Shown here piece after piece: positions 34,482 to 47,558 of a stretch of 64,000 bases of DNA (position 1 is its first letter; each line of letters starts with the position of its first letter). Where the stretch lies: positions 5,456,001 to 5,520,000 of the forward strand of contig JBHGNT010000008.1 of the NCBI GenBank assembly GCA_043228905.1. Direction: 5' to 3'. Origin of the DNA: Azolla caroliniana. Taxonomy: Eukaryota > Plantae > Polypodiophyta. The position numbers were made by a program, and so were the translations under genes. The notes below the pieces were generated by a model that had not been told where the DNA came from, ran no database searches, and saw only the letters and a program-made list of their open reading frames with translations.

Positions 34482-35603
34482 GGGAAAAGTACCAAGATAC
34501 CCCTGGAAGTTCGTCATTTACCAGAATGCCCCTGGAAGTTCCAAACTACCCTTATGTCCAAAAAAATACATACACATATAAACACATACACATACACATA
34601 CACATACATACACATACACATATAAAGTAAGTACAAAGGACCCAAAGAATCTCTTAAGTAAAGAAACATGTGTATGTGCATGTGTATGCGTATGTGTATA
34701 GGTATGGGTATGGGTTTATATGTGTATATGTGTATGCGTATGTGTATAGGTATGGGTATTGGGTTTAGGGAAAAGTACCAAGATACCCATGGAAGTTCGC
34801 CTATTTACCGGAATGCCCCTGGAAGTTCCAAACTACCCTTATGTCCAAAAAAATACATACACATATAAACACATACACATACATACACATATAAAGTAGG
34901 GAAAAGTACCATGATACCCCTGGAAGTTCGTCTATTTACCAAAATGCCCCTAGAAGTTCCAAATTTACCAAACTACCCCTATGTCCAAAAAAGTACACAT
35001 TATAAAGTAATTATACATTCAAATCTACGAGCCCTATTTACCATAATACCCTTCAAACACAAATTTCTTTACTTAGAGATTCTTTGGGTCCTTTGTACTT
35101 ACTTTATAAACACATACACATACATACACATATAAACACATACACATGCACATGCACATGCACATGCACATACACATACACATACACATCCACACGCATA
35201 CGCATACACATATAAACCCAATACCCATACCTATACACATACACATGGTTATTTACTTAAGAGATTCTTTGGGTCCTTTGTACTTACTTTATATGTGTAT
35301 GTATTTTTTTGGACATAGGGGTAGTTTGGAACTTCCAGGGGCATTCTGGTAAATAGACGAACTTCCAGGGGTATCTTGGTACTTTTCCCTATAAAGTAAG
35401 TACAAAGGACCCAAAGAATCTCTTAAGTAAAGAAATTTGTGTTTGAAGGGTATTTTGGTAAATAGGGCTCGTAGATTTGAATGTATAATTACTTTATAAA
35501 GTGTATTTTTTTGGACATAGGGGGGGTAGTTTGGTAAATTTGGAACTTCCAGGGGCATTGTGGTAAATAGACGAACTTCCAGGGGTATCCTGACATTTTT
35601 CCC
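34482..35603. mobile_element. Composite Mutator-type MITE cluster
   Basis: Long TIRs starting GGGAAAAGTACCAAGATACCCCTGGAAG at 34482, 34768 and 34899, inverted copies ending 35389 and 35603; outer 9-bp flanks TTAAATTTT/TTAACTTTT. Confidence 0.85.
34899..35389. mobile_element. Inner Mutator MITE (491 bp) inserted inverted into a copy of its own family
   Basis: Perfect 9-bp TSD TATAAAGTA at 34890-34898 and 35390-35398. Confidence 0.9.
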
Positions 35604-35991
35604 TTAACTTTTTTATTAAATGGTTCGGTTTGGTTTCAACCTTTTCCTAAATGATTTGAGTTTAAATGGTTTGAACTTTGAACTTTGGTTTACCTTTGCT
35701 TAAATGACTCGAGAGTTCATAAACGATTGAGTTTGGTTTTAGTTCTATCTAAATGGTTCGGTTCGGTTTCAAGGCAAAGAAACCGAACCGAACCGTGGCC
35801 ATCGCTAATTGAACATGAGGAGGAGGAGGCATTCGAAGATTTTAACAACCGAAGAATTAACGGGAGACGGAGCACCCAAAGGTTTAGGCACTTAAACCGC
35901 TAAACCGCTAAACCCCTTCACCTTTCTTTCGTGACATCTTGCAGAAGAAGCTTCTCTTTGTCGCTCGCTCTCTGTCTGTCTGTCTGTCTCT

Positions 35992-36020
35992 CTAAACCCT
36001 AAACCCTAAACCCTAAACCC
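35992..36020 (+). promoter_or_regulatory. Interstitial telomeric repeat / telo-box array, about 4 x CCCTAAA
   Basis: CTAAACCCTAAACCCTAAACCCTAAACCC 80 bp upstream of ATG 36101; degenerate TAAACCGC copies at about 35893-35916. Confidence 0.8.
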
Positions 36021-36100
36021 TTCACCTGTCTTTCTTGAGGTCTTGCAGAAGAAAGCTTCTCTTTGCCTCTGTCTCTCTGTCTGTGCATTTGTTTTGGGCT

Positions 36101-39100
36101 ATGGCGGCAGAGCATAGCAGCCTCTTACAGAGAACCGATGCGAGCGAGACCGACTTCCAGAAGAACGTCCCGCACGACCTCAAGTTCACTATTCACGAGA
36201 CCCCGGCTCCTGACCTGAGCACATACAGGATCGGAGACAGCAGAGGTGGAGGAGACACGATGGGAGCTGGAGATGGGAGAGAAGAGGGGGAAGGAAGAGA
36301 AGCAAGGATGGAACCAGGAGCTGCTTCAGAGCGGAGGATGGAAGGAGGTCAAGGGAAACCAGAAGAAGGAAGGAGGAAGGATAGATCTGTCACTAATCAT
36401 ATAAGCTCAGGATTTCAGACAAAAGTGGAAGAGTTCGTAACAGGTCAGATGCCTGGCTATGGCGTGAGCTCAAACAAAGAAAGCTCGGAAGGATACTCCG
36501 GTGAATGGCCAGACAATCAAATAAAGACTTAATCATGTTCGCCATCGTTCTTAATAGCTTAACATATGAGCTTCATTAAAAATACCTAGTTTTTTATCTG
36601 GTATATAGCTTTGAAACCCCAACAGACAAATCTGGTTACTTATATATAACCTAATGATGGATATATCGATGTCCATGTGAGTATGTACAGGATGAGTTTG
36701 TTCGAGAACTGAGGATTGATCAAATGTATCTTCTTGTGAATTTTTGTACAGAAATAGTTGTTTTGAGAGACACTTGAGACTTTTTTTTTTCAAGTGTCTG
36801 GTATCAGAAGGATATATTGTATGCAGAATTGTCTATAAATGAAGGTCTTTTGCATAGTCAAGAAGGATTACATGGTATGGAATTTTGTGGTAGTAGATTC
36901 TTTTGCACATTCTGAAAATGATGTGGAGTTCTTGATTGATTTGTTGCTTGCATCAGATGGATATGGAAGATTGTTCTGTTTTTTCTTCTCCTTTTATTTG
37001 GATTTTATTATTGTATATTCAGCAAGGACATGGAGTTTTTGCTTGACTTAGTCTTTTGGATCTGTTGAATATGGAACTATTTGATTGTCCTTCAGGTTAT
37101 CTTTTGCATATATAGATAGATATGGTTGTGTGCCTTTTTCCTTCTGCAGTGGTTTAATTAGATTCGTTTTGCAAGTTCAGAGAGGATATGGTGTTTTTTG
37201 CTTGATCATTCTTTTGGATCAGATGAATATGGGGGGCTGTTTGATATTCCTTTCGCATCACAAGGATCTGGATCTGGAGTTTTTGCTTGATCATTCTTTT
37301 GGATCAGATGTATATGGAGGGCTGATTGATATTCCTTCCGCATCACAAGGATATGGATATGGGGTTTTTTGCTTTATCATTCTTTTGGATCAGATGGATA
37401 TGGAGGGCTGTCTGATATTCCGTCTGCATCACAAGGATATTGGTATGGAGTTTTTGCTTGATCATTCTTGTGGATCAAATGGATATGGAGGGCTGCCTGA
37501 TATTCCGTCTGCATCACAAGGATCTGGATATGGAGTTTTTGCTTGATCATTATTGTGGATCAAATGGATATGGAGGGCTGTCTGATATTCTGTCTGCATC
37601 ACAAGGATCTGGATCTGGAGTTTTTGCTTGATCATTCTTGTGGATCAAATGGATATGGAGGGCTGTCTGATATTCTGTCTGCATCACAAGGATCTGGATA
37701 TGGAGTTTTTGCTTGATCATTCTTGTGGATCAAATGGATATGGAGGGCTGTCTGATGTTCCGTCTGCATCGCAAAGATCTGGATATGGAGATTTTGCTTG
37801 ATCATTCTTGTGGATCAAATGAATATGGAGGGCTGTCTGATGTTCCGTCTGCATCGCAAAGATCTGGATATGGAGATTTTGCTTGATCATTCTTGTGGAT
37901 CAAATGAATATGGAGGGCTGTCTGATGTTCCGTCTGCATCGCAAAGATCTGGATATGGAGATTTTGCTTGATCATTCTTGTGGATCAAATGAATATGGAG
38001 GGCTGTCTGATGTTCTGTCTGCATCGCAAAGATCTGGATATGGAGTTTTTGCTCGATCATTCTTGTGAATCAAATGGATATGTCTGATGTTCCGTCTGCA
38101 TCGCAAAGATCTGGATATGGAGTTTTTGCTCGATCATTCCTGTGAATCAAATGGATATGGAGGGCTGTCTGATATTCCGTCTACATCACAAGGATCTGGA
38201 TATGGAGTTTTTGCTCGATCATTCTTGTGGATCAAATGGATATGGGGGGCTGTCTGATATTCCTTCTGCATCACAAGGATATATGGATATGGGGTTGTTT
38301 CTTTCTGTACTTCTGCATTTCATCAGGGCGGGCTGGTTATAGTACATATATTCGAGGCTTCAAAAAATACTCGTGTTTTCTTTATTTCTCCAGATGCCCC
38401 CCCCTCCAGGGGCATGTATGTGGAAATTAAGGGAAACTCAGGGGTAGCTTTGGGTATTTCCCATTGTCTCCTCTTCAAAATTCTTTCATTTTCTGTTCGA
38501 TTCTTTGATTGCACGTCCTTTCGTTTGTAATCGTCTTTCTTCCATAAAAGCATATATTAAATCTGCTCCTTTTCTCTTCCACATTCTTCTGTGATTTTCA
38601 TCCGGGGTTTCTTGTGATTCGTCAGGCTTTCTTGTTTGCTCGTCTTATGTGGAACGATTTCCTGTGTTATATTAGAATCATTTCGTGAATTAGGTTTCCT
38701 ACCCTCACTTAGCATTGATGATGTTTTCTTGTGAGTTGCGAGAGGCTTCTGTGTTTTTTGTAGATTTTCCTCAGATTGATTAGGGTTTCATGGGAATGTA
38801 TACCTATCATCCCATGCATGCTAAACAAATTCGAGGTTTCTGTGTGTTTTTTAGAGTTTCCTCAGATTGATTAGGGTTTCATTGGAATGTATACTTATCA
38901 TCCCATGCATGCTAAACAAATTCGAGGTTTCTGTGTTTTGTTTAGAGTTTCCTCAGATTGATTAGGGTTTCATAGGAATGCATACCTATCATCCCATGCA
39001 TGCTAAACAAATTCAAGGTTTCTGTGTGTTTTTTAGAGTTTCCTCAGATTGATTAGGATTGCATAGGAATGCATACGTATCATCCCATGCATGCTAAACA

Positions 39101-40800
39101 AATTCAAGGTTTCTGTGTTTTTTTTAGAGTTTCCTCAGATTGATTAGGGTTTCATAGGAATGCATACCTATCATCCCATGCATGTTAAACAAATTCAAGG
39201 TATCTGTTTTTTGTTTAGAGTTTACTCAGATTGATTAGGGTTTCATGGGAATGTATACCTATCATTCCATGCATGCTAAACAAATTCAAGGTTTCTGTGT
39301 TTTTTTTAGAGTTTCCTCATATTGATTAGGGTTTCATGGGAATGTATACCTATCATCCCATGCATGCTAAACAAATTCAAGGTTCTCTGCGTGTTAGAAC
39401 AAATTTAGATCAATGGCACAAAAAAGTAGAGCACCTCCGGGAAATCCGAAACCATCATTGGAATTCCAAACCTTACATTATATTAGCCAAAAAATCCAAT
39501 ACCAATACTGATACTTATACAAATGCTTATACTCATGCCAATACTGATACCAATACCATTGCTCATACCAATACTGACACCTCTGGCACTCCCGTATCAT
39601 TCAGATTCTACAGTCGAGCGATGGACTTCATGCCCACTTATCGACCGAGTTCATCCCCCCTTCCATCAGGTTGGTCTGTGAATCTTTGTATGCATCTACT
39701 TATATTTTTTGTTGTGAAGTCTTGTTGTGCATTTGAAATGTATTATTAAGAATCAATTGTAGTATTAGTTCTAACCCAGAGTAAGGAAATGTCTAAAACA
39801 AATATTTGAGATAGCTCAAGTTTGCAAGGTTTGAAATAGAAAAAGAAGTTGTTTCTTTGTGGATGTACTAGTACAGAGGAAGAAAGACCAAATACATATC
39901 AAAGACTGACGTTGAAAAACTAGGATTTTCTTGTGGATTGCTAGTCGTGTATATGGTGGCAAGGAGGAAGAACAATAACAACAAATTTAAAGCCCAAAAT
40001 GATAATGTTTAGGATGGGAAAGGGATTTTCAACAAAAATCATTTGCCCAAATGAAATTAGTGACAGATTTTGTATGGCCAGGCCTTTAATGTTATTGAGT
40101 ATACAGTGAACCTTAGAAAACATGCATTGTTTGAACATATTCTAATTGTTACGTCATTGATAAACGTTATTGGGTATGCAGCAAGCTCTATGGAAAGTAC
40201 TTCCTTGCCACAAAATGCAATTGTTGTGATGGTCATTCCATCATTGCATGTTCTAAGTGTGTAAAGTAAATTCACGTTTCCTTTTAACAAAATTCAGTTG
40301 GATCGCGAATGGGTGCAGGATATGGAAATAATATTGATATTCCATTGAGCAATGAGTCAAAAATGCAATCCCAATTGCTTGTCAATCTTGTAAGCAGAGG
40401 ATCTGAAGCCTATTTAAAGGAGCTTCAATGTCCAAACAAACATGTCATGAACCCAGAGCTCGTAAAAATATGTAGTCCTAGACTCTCAGTGTGCGGCATT
40501 TCTAGACTCTCGCCAAGAGGTGAGTTAGCTTTCTTTTAACCCATTTATTTATGCATATCTGTAATTCCATATTATCACTTGATCACCAAATCTGTGTAAT
40601 CCAATGGAGGAGTTGGTTCATGATGATAGGTCAATCTTTCTTTGATCAAGAAATGAAGAAGGATCGCAGTAAGTCAGCTAGCCCATATTCAGATAAAGTT
40701 GCATTTGGAAGAACCAATCATCGGAATGGCCTTTCAAAAGAAAGCCTTCCGAAGTCTTCTCTGCAATCGAAAGCTTATAGAATGAGTGGAATGCAAAGTC
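36101..40800 (+). CDS. Tentative gene of unknown function; candidate exons 36101-36500, 40298-40519, 40630 onward; 3' end not resolved
   Basis: ATGGCG start after telo-boxes and a pyrimidine-rich leader; three open segments bounded by GT/AG sites that are all phase 1; no domain recognised. Confidence 0.4.
37200..38295. repeat. 85-bp tandem repeat, about 13 copies
   Basis: Unit GCTTGATCATTCTTGTGGATCAAATGGATATGGAGGGCTG... at 37456, 37541, 37626, 37711 and so on. Confidence 0.95.
38745..39388. repeat. 91-bp tandem repeat, 7 copies, most with TTAGGGTTT
   Basis: CCTCAGATTGATTAGGGTTTC recurs at 38769, 38860, 38951, (39042), 39133 and so on. Confidence 0.95.
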
Positions 40801-42652
40801 CGCCTCGATTAAACTATATACACCATACATTTTTGTAGTGAAAGCTTCCATTGTAAAGTTGTGTATTAATTGTCGTAGTTTCCAGGAGTCACTAACACAT
40901 GCAAGTTTTGGTGAATCTTCAGGTTCAACGAAGACTATGCTGAGTTTACTGCATGACTATCACACAAATGCTGAAGCCAGGATGCAATTGAATGATCGAA
41001 TAGGTTTGATGAACTTAAAATAGATATCAAGTCTTTGGAAGAGAAATTCCCACTTGGATCGAGAGTTTCATGTTCAATAGAAAACGTGTGGTGTTGCATC
41101 AGAAAGACTATTCTCTATATCGAATGTAGATTTATTTGAAAGCGAGGATAGAATGTGGACATTTTTTCTAGCGAAGAATTAATCTTGGCATTCATTCATT
41201 TTTGTCTTGTGAAATATGTATTCTCCGATTGTTCTCACACGAATATTACTTAATGTACTCTGTTGCATCAAACTATGTTATTTAGTTCTTTACAAAATAG
41301 CTTGTCAATACAAGTAAACGTGGTTGTCATATTCCAAGCTAAAGAAGTATGCACAAGTGATATGATAAGTATTACTAAATGAATCTCTTGTATTCTGAGC
41401 TAAAAAGAGTATAGGTACAAGCAAAGATGACAAGTACTCACTTCTCCAGGTTGCTCGACGATTGATATACAACATGTGTGCAGACCGTGACTATCATGCA
41501 AATTTTACCAATGGCATTTAAGATGGTCTTATAACCACACTAATGTCGGAGCACTCCCAACATTTAGTTTTAAGTTTTAACATTGATTCTTGCATGTGCC
41601 TTTTCTACCCTTAATGTTCTTTTTTCTTTTCCTCGCTATTTAAGGTGAATGGATTTATGTTGGTAAGACCCATGATATACGAGGCACTAAAACATTGAAT
41701 CCATATTTGCTTAATATGTACGCATAACAATCACACTTTTGAAGAATCTGAATAGACTTTGTGTTGTGAAAGTTTTTTTTTGTTCTTGTACGCATGACAA
41801 ATCTGGCATCCAATGTACATTTAGTTGCTTATTGTAAACCAATGAGGAGAGTGTAGAATTGATTTTCTTATATGTAAGAGTTACCAATACATATTCACTT
41901 AAAAGTTAATTTGATCCAGAGCTAGGCTTGATTGCATGGAGAAGGTTCTATCAACTCTTTGCTTGGATATGAGTTTCACATATTCGGTTTGTTTGAAACA
42001 CATACATCTTCAATGGTGGTATGGATTGTTGGTCACGCATGCTAATAGCACAACATATTACTTTATTAGTTCAAGGAATTTAATTAGCACTAAGATAACA
42101 AAAGGCATTAATATGTATTATCTAGTTTAGTCACACATGAGATAATTGGGTGGATGAATGCCTTTATTATTTGGGGATTTCCATCAAGAAGAAGGTAATA
42201 AATTTCACAATTTGGGTGTTCCTCACAATTTGGATAGTGAATCTAGGTTATGAATGCCACTATTGGTAGGGAAACTCACATAGCTAACCTTTGTATTGGG
42301 TGATATATGAAAGTTATGAGATAGAATCAACTACCCTTTCTTCATGATTTTTTTTTGTTCCATCCTTGATGTAAACTATTTAAATTCTAGTATTTTAATT
42401 TGCTATTTGGATTATTATTGCAATCAGTGAGAGATAACCATATCAATCTCTTTTGTTGATTGTATTGATCATCCACAATGACATTACTCCAATTCAAATA
42501 GTTCAAAGTAAATGTTGGCTCAGAATAAATGAGGATACCACTTTCAACAATGCTTTAGAAACACAATAGTAGCATTCAAAAGCTCTGTAACGACTGTATG
42601 AGCTTAGAGAAAGTGCGGATGTCATCAACAACATATCCAAAATTGAGGATAT

Positions 42653-45600
42653 TGTGGCGGTCACATGGACCACACCCAAATTAGGCCACCCAAATTAGGC
42701 CCCTACCAAGCCCCATAATTAGAAGAGCTAATTGGAGCGGGAGAACACCCTCCAAGCTAAGAGTAGTCTATAAAATGTAACTTAGAACGTAATGGAAAGG
42801 GAACTATTCTTGAGAGCATTTCACATATTGAGCATTTCACATCTTGGTGGAGAAGATGGGCAAAGCAACCCCAACTCACGACTCCAACAACACAAGCCAC
42901 GATGCAACACGACAACAACGGCGACAACGCCAACTCAATGAATCCAGAATTCCTCCAACAACAAATTCAAGACCATCAACCCACATCGCCAATCGACCAA
43001 CTAGTTCAAGCCCTGTCCAACATTATTTTACAAGTTAACCATACTAACCAAGCCATGTTGTCATTTCTTTCAGCAAGATTTGAGCCACAACAGAATCTCC
43101 CGGACCCTCGAGTTCGCCCAAAACCATTCTCCAGCCTACCATCGGAAGACGTCCTCTCTTGGCTGGATCATTTCGAAATGGTGGCTAGTTACCACCAATG
43201 GCCACACCCCCGGAAGGCAATGGAAATGAAGACACTCCTCGAGAATATCACAGCAACATGGCTCATACAACAACCCGAAGAGACACACAACGACTGGGAT
43301 CTGTTACGAGCAACCATGATTCGGAATTTTGCTCATCAAGACTCCCGCCAGATGGCCCTACAACAACTCGAGTCAATTGCCCAACAACCACGCGAACCCA
43401 TCACCCAGTTCGTGGTTCGGTTTGTGCAGATCCTATGTCGGGCTGACGCCAACATGTCGGAAGACATGAAGTTGTTTTTCTTCTAGCCGCGTATCCGACA
43501 TGACCTCCGCCGTCGTGTACGCGATCAAGGCCCGACGACACTACACGAAGCCATCCTCACCGCCCAACGCATCGAAGCTGCAGACGCGCACGACATGCAC
43601 ACACCAGGTAATCTCAGTCACGATCATACAAACACTATGCCAGTCGCCACTCCCATGGACATCGACGTCCAAAACACGCAATTACGCGCCAAGCGTGCAT
43701 TGCCCGAACGAGATAGCCAGGGACGCCCCAAATGTTTCTATTGCAACAACTATGGCCACATTCGGTGTCATTGCTGAAAGTGGCAAAATCACCAACAGAA
43801 GCAGAACGTCCAATTACCCAACGCTGCCTCCCTCTCTGAGCTCCCGAAAAACTAATGCGCGGGGTGCCGCAGGGAGAGCCGTTCCGACACGTCCACGCCT
43901 CTACATCATCAACTTCTCCCGTTTTTCCCATGATCGAGCCGCCCCCGCATGTCCACACCTCCATGTCATCAACTTCTCCCGTTTATACCACGATCGAGCC
44001 GACCCCACATGTCCACGCCTCCACGTCATCAACTTCGCTCGTTTGTACCACAATCGCCCGCCTCCAACACACAACCCTAGAAGTTCTCCTCGACTCCGGC
44101 AACAACATCTCTTCCATCAACGCAGATTTAGTCACCCAATTACAACTTACCACGAGCCACACACCGCCCATTAAAATCCTCTTCGGCGACCAACAACGGG
44201 TGTACCACTCACATACGCAAGTCATGTGCATGCTCACCATCAATTCCGCCCAGATCCAACATCGTTTCTATGTCCTCCTGCGCTAGTTGTTCCCAATCAC
44301 CCTGGGCTGTGATTGGTTCCTCCATAATCGAGTCTGTCTCGATTTCTCCTCACAACAGCTCATCCTCCCCAATCACCTTCTGATCGCGCTCTTCACTACT
44401 CCGCGAGATACCACCCACATCAGCAACACACAGTACCTGGTATCACCGACAGAGCGCATCCACGACATCCGAAGGCTCCTAGCCACCTTTCCCTCGTTGT
44501 CTACACCACCTGCAAAACCTCCCTCGGTCCGTTTTCCGATCCACCACACGATTCCTACAGGCAACGCCCTCCCCATCCACGTAGCTCCTCGACGTCGCTC
44601 GCCTCTCGACCACGAGCGCATCGACAACGCCATCAAAACTATGCTATAACAAGGGATTATCACACCTTCCAAGAGTGAGTGGATCTCGGAGCCACACATG
44701 GTAAAGAAAGGGGATGGCTCTTACCGCTTTTGTGTCGACTTCCGACAACTAAATCATGTCACCACCCATGACCGATATCCTCCTTGACCAGCTTGGCAAA
44801 TCAAAGTACTTCACCTCCCTCGATCTGGCCTCGGGATATTGGCAGATCCCTATGAATCCTAAAGATGCCCACAAAACTACATTCCGCACTAGGAAAGGCA
44901 TTTTTCAGTTCACACGAATGCCCTTCGGCCTATTCGATGCTGGGAGCACATTCCAGCGAATGGCTAACGCCATCTTCGATGGTCTCATCACCCGCCGCGT
45001 TGTCATCGTCTATCTAGACGATATTCTGATATATACAAGCATTTGGGTGGAACACCTTCAAGTCCTTCGGGAGGTCCTCACTTGTGTTCAATGCTATCAA
45101 TTGCAGCTGCAATGGAAGAAGTGTCAATGGGGTAGTACGCGCCTCCGCTTCCTCGGGTACGTCATCTCCTCCGACGGAGTACAGATGGACCCAGAGAAGA
45201 CGAAAGCAGTCCAAAAATTCCCACGTCCCACCACAGTCAAGCAGCTTCAACGCTTCCTCGGCCTCCTCACGTTCTCTCTTCGCTTCATCCCACGGCGAGC
45301 CGACCTGTCAGCCCCACTACGCGCCCTCCTGCAAAAAGACACACCCTTCCTATGGACTGAAGCCTGCAAATCCAACTTCCTGCAGCTCAAGCGAACACTC
45401 CAAGCCTCTGACCTCCTCGCCCACCCTGATTTGACGAAGCCTTTCCATCTGTAGACGGATGCCTCCAATGTCGACCTTGGTGCAGTCCTGCTCCAATCCG
45501 ACGACAACGACCAACTACGCCCGATTGCCTACATAAGTCGGTCACTTACCAAAGCCGAACAAAATTACTTGACAACCGAAAAAGAGTTGCTCGCCATCAT

Positions 45601-47183
45601 CTGGGCATTCCATCGTTTCCACCCATACCTACACGGATCAAATACATCAGTCGAAACCGACCATCAGCCATTGCTCTCCCTCATAAAGAAGGCTCATCCA
45701 CCCGGTCGCTTACTCCGTTGGGCTTTGGCGCTACAGGATTACACATTCACGTTGCGCTATCGCCGTGGTCCCCAAAACATCGTCGTCGATGGATTATCCC
45801 GCATATCCTTTAAGGCGAACCAGGTCGCCTCTAACACAATCAATTTCCCCATATCCTCATCCCAAATAGCCAACATGCAACAACACGACAAAAAAATCCA
45901 AGACATCTGCCACCCCCTACGAGCCGAGCCCACATCATCCCTCACCAAGCAATTCATGATCCAGGATAATGTCCTGCTTTTTTGCCAAGTAGGCAAGGAA
46001 CCCCGGGTCTACGTGCCTGAGCAACTGCGCCTGTCTTACCTTCGTTTCTTCCACGATCACCCGTTGTCTAACCACTTGGGTTTTCATAAGGTGCTAGACA
46101 AAATCCGTTGCAAATTCTATTGGCCGGGGCTACGCCACGAGGTCGCCTCCTACATCAAAGCATGCAACTTATGTCAGGCCATCAAATCACCTCAAGTGGC
46201 TCAAGGCCTCTTACATCCAATACAACTTCAAGCTCCATTTGAAATTGTCGGATGGGACATTATGGGCCCCTTTCCTGAGTCACAAGAAGGGAACAAATTC
46301 ATCCTCGTCATAACCGAGTACTTGACGCGTTGGGCTGAGACGACCGCTATCCCAGATGCCAAGGCTATGACCATCTCCTCCAAACTATTGGAGAAAATCA
46401 TCTTCCCCCATGGGTGCCCACTCCAAATCTTGTCCGATCGAGAACCCAGTTCAACAGTGAGCTCCTACGCCTAGTTTCTACAGAATTAGGAATCCAACAA
46501 TTATTCACATCACCCTACCATCCGCATACGAATGGATTGATGGAGCGCCTCAATCGAACCTTAAAACAACAAATCTCGGCCTACATCGATCCACTGCACT
46601 CGACTTAGGACTGGATCTTGCCCTTCGATACGCATGCCTACAACACAACTGTGCAAGCCTCCACCCGCATTAGCCCATTTCGGACCCTTTACGGAAGGGA
46701 CCCGCGCTTACCCCTAGAAGTGGCAGTCCCGCAACCAATCACACAACTCCACTTTGACGCAGTGGAGTCGCTCATGCACCGATGGATCGGTCCCTTCGAA
46801 GTTCAAAAGCAAATACGCAACACTACATATCTGCTCCGTCGCGCCTCCAACAACCACTCTACCTTTGCCCACTAGTCTCGCATGAAGCCCTCCATCAGCT
46901 ACCATTGCCCCCGCCCACGCCCACGCCCATGTCATCCCCCCCACCTAGAACCGTCGTCCACGCCCCGTCGCGATCCGACCGCACAATAACTTTTTTTTAC
47001 AAGGGGGAACTGTGGCGGTCACATGGACCACACCCAAATTAGGCCACCTAAATTAGGCCCCTACCAAGCCCCATAATTAGAAGAGCTAATTGGAGCGAGA
47101 GAACACCCTCCACGCTAAGAGTAGTCTATAAAATGTAACTTAGAACGTAATGGAAAGGGAGCTATTCTTGAGAGCATTTCACA
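42653..47183 (+). mobile_element. Element G: decayed Ty3/Gypsy with 173-bp LTRs (42653-42825, 47011-47183)
   Basis: 4 mismatches between LTRs; flanks ATAT/ATAC; PBS-like TGGTGGAGA at 42845 (tRNA-Ala-like); PPT AAGGGGGAA before 47011. Confidence 0.92.
42902..46875 (+). pseudogene. gag-pol of element G with multiple stops, frameshifts and deletions
   Basis: CFYCNNYGHIRCHC knuckle; LLDSG protease; LDLASGYWQI and YLDD RT; TDAS RNase H; HDH..CNLC and DIMGPFP integrase; WIGPF. Confidence 0.92.
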
Positions 47184-47558
47184 ATACTATATGAGCATAA
47201 TTTACACTATAATGATCTCGATTATCTTGGCAAGATATTGAGTAACTTGCAAATCAAGTGTCATAAGTGGAAGCGTGTCAGTCAACAACAATGTAAAGCA
47301 TTTCAATTATGTCCGTTAAGACTAGAGTTCCGATGATTTCATAACTTTTAAGGTTCTAATGGCTCAGGGCAGGGGATTCGAAATAACAACTTCCGTATGG
47401 TCATTATAGTCTAGACCCGACATGACAACTGATTCCATCATGTCCACACACTAATTGTTGAGTCGAAATTGTTCACCATTGTGCTAAATTATGATGGGCA
47501 AGACACCGACTGCTACACAAACCAACGAATCTGGGAAGTGATGATTGAGCTTCATAAC

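Larger units (their letters stand above)
34195..35807. mobile_element. hAT-like MITE (same family as 57869-58403, opposite orientation), interrupted by Mutator MITEs
   Basis: Imperfect TIRs TAGCAATGTGCACG / CGTGGCCATCGCTA; AACCG subterminal repeats; shares internal blocks with the 57.9-kb copy; no clear TSD. Confidence 0.65.

Noticed and set aside
34175-35822. TSD for the 34195-35807 MITE
   Set aside because: Immediate 8-bp flanks differ; only an offset GAACA(C/T)GAGGAG similarity is visible.
37085-38430. Repetitive ORFs within the 85-bp array
   Set aside because: The unit is not a multiple of 3, so frames cycle and stop.
47355-47420. Possible minus-strand tRNA/SINE (TTCGAATCCC)
   Set aside because: Imperfect B-box, no convincing A-box or cloverleaf.
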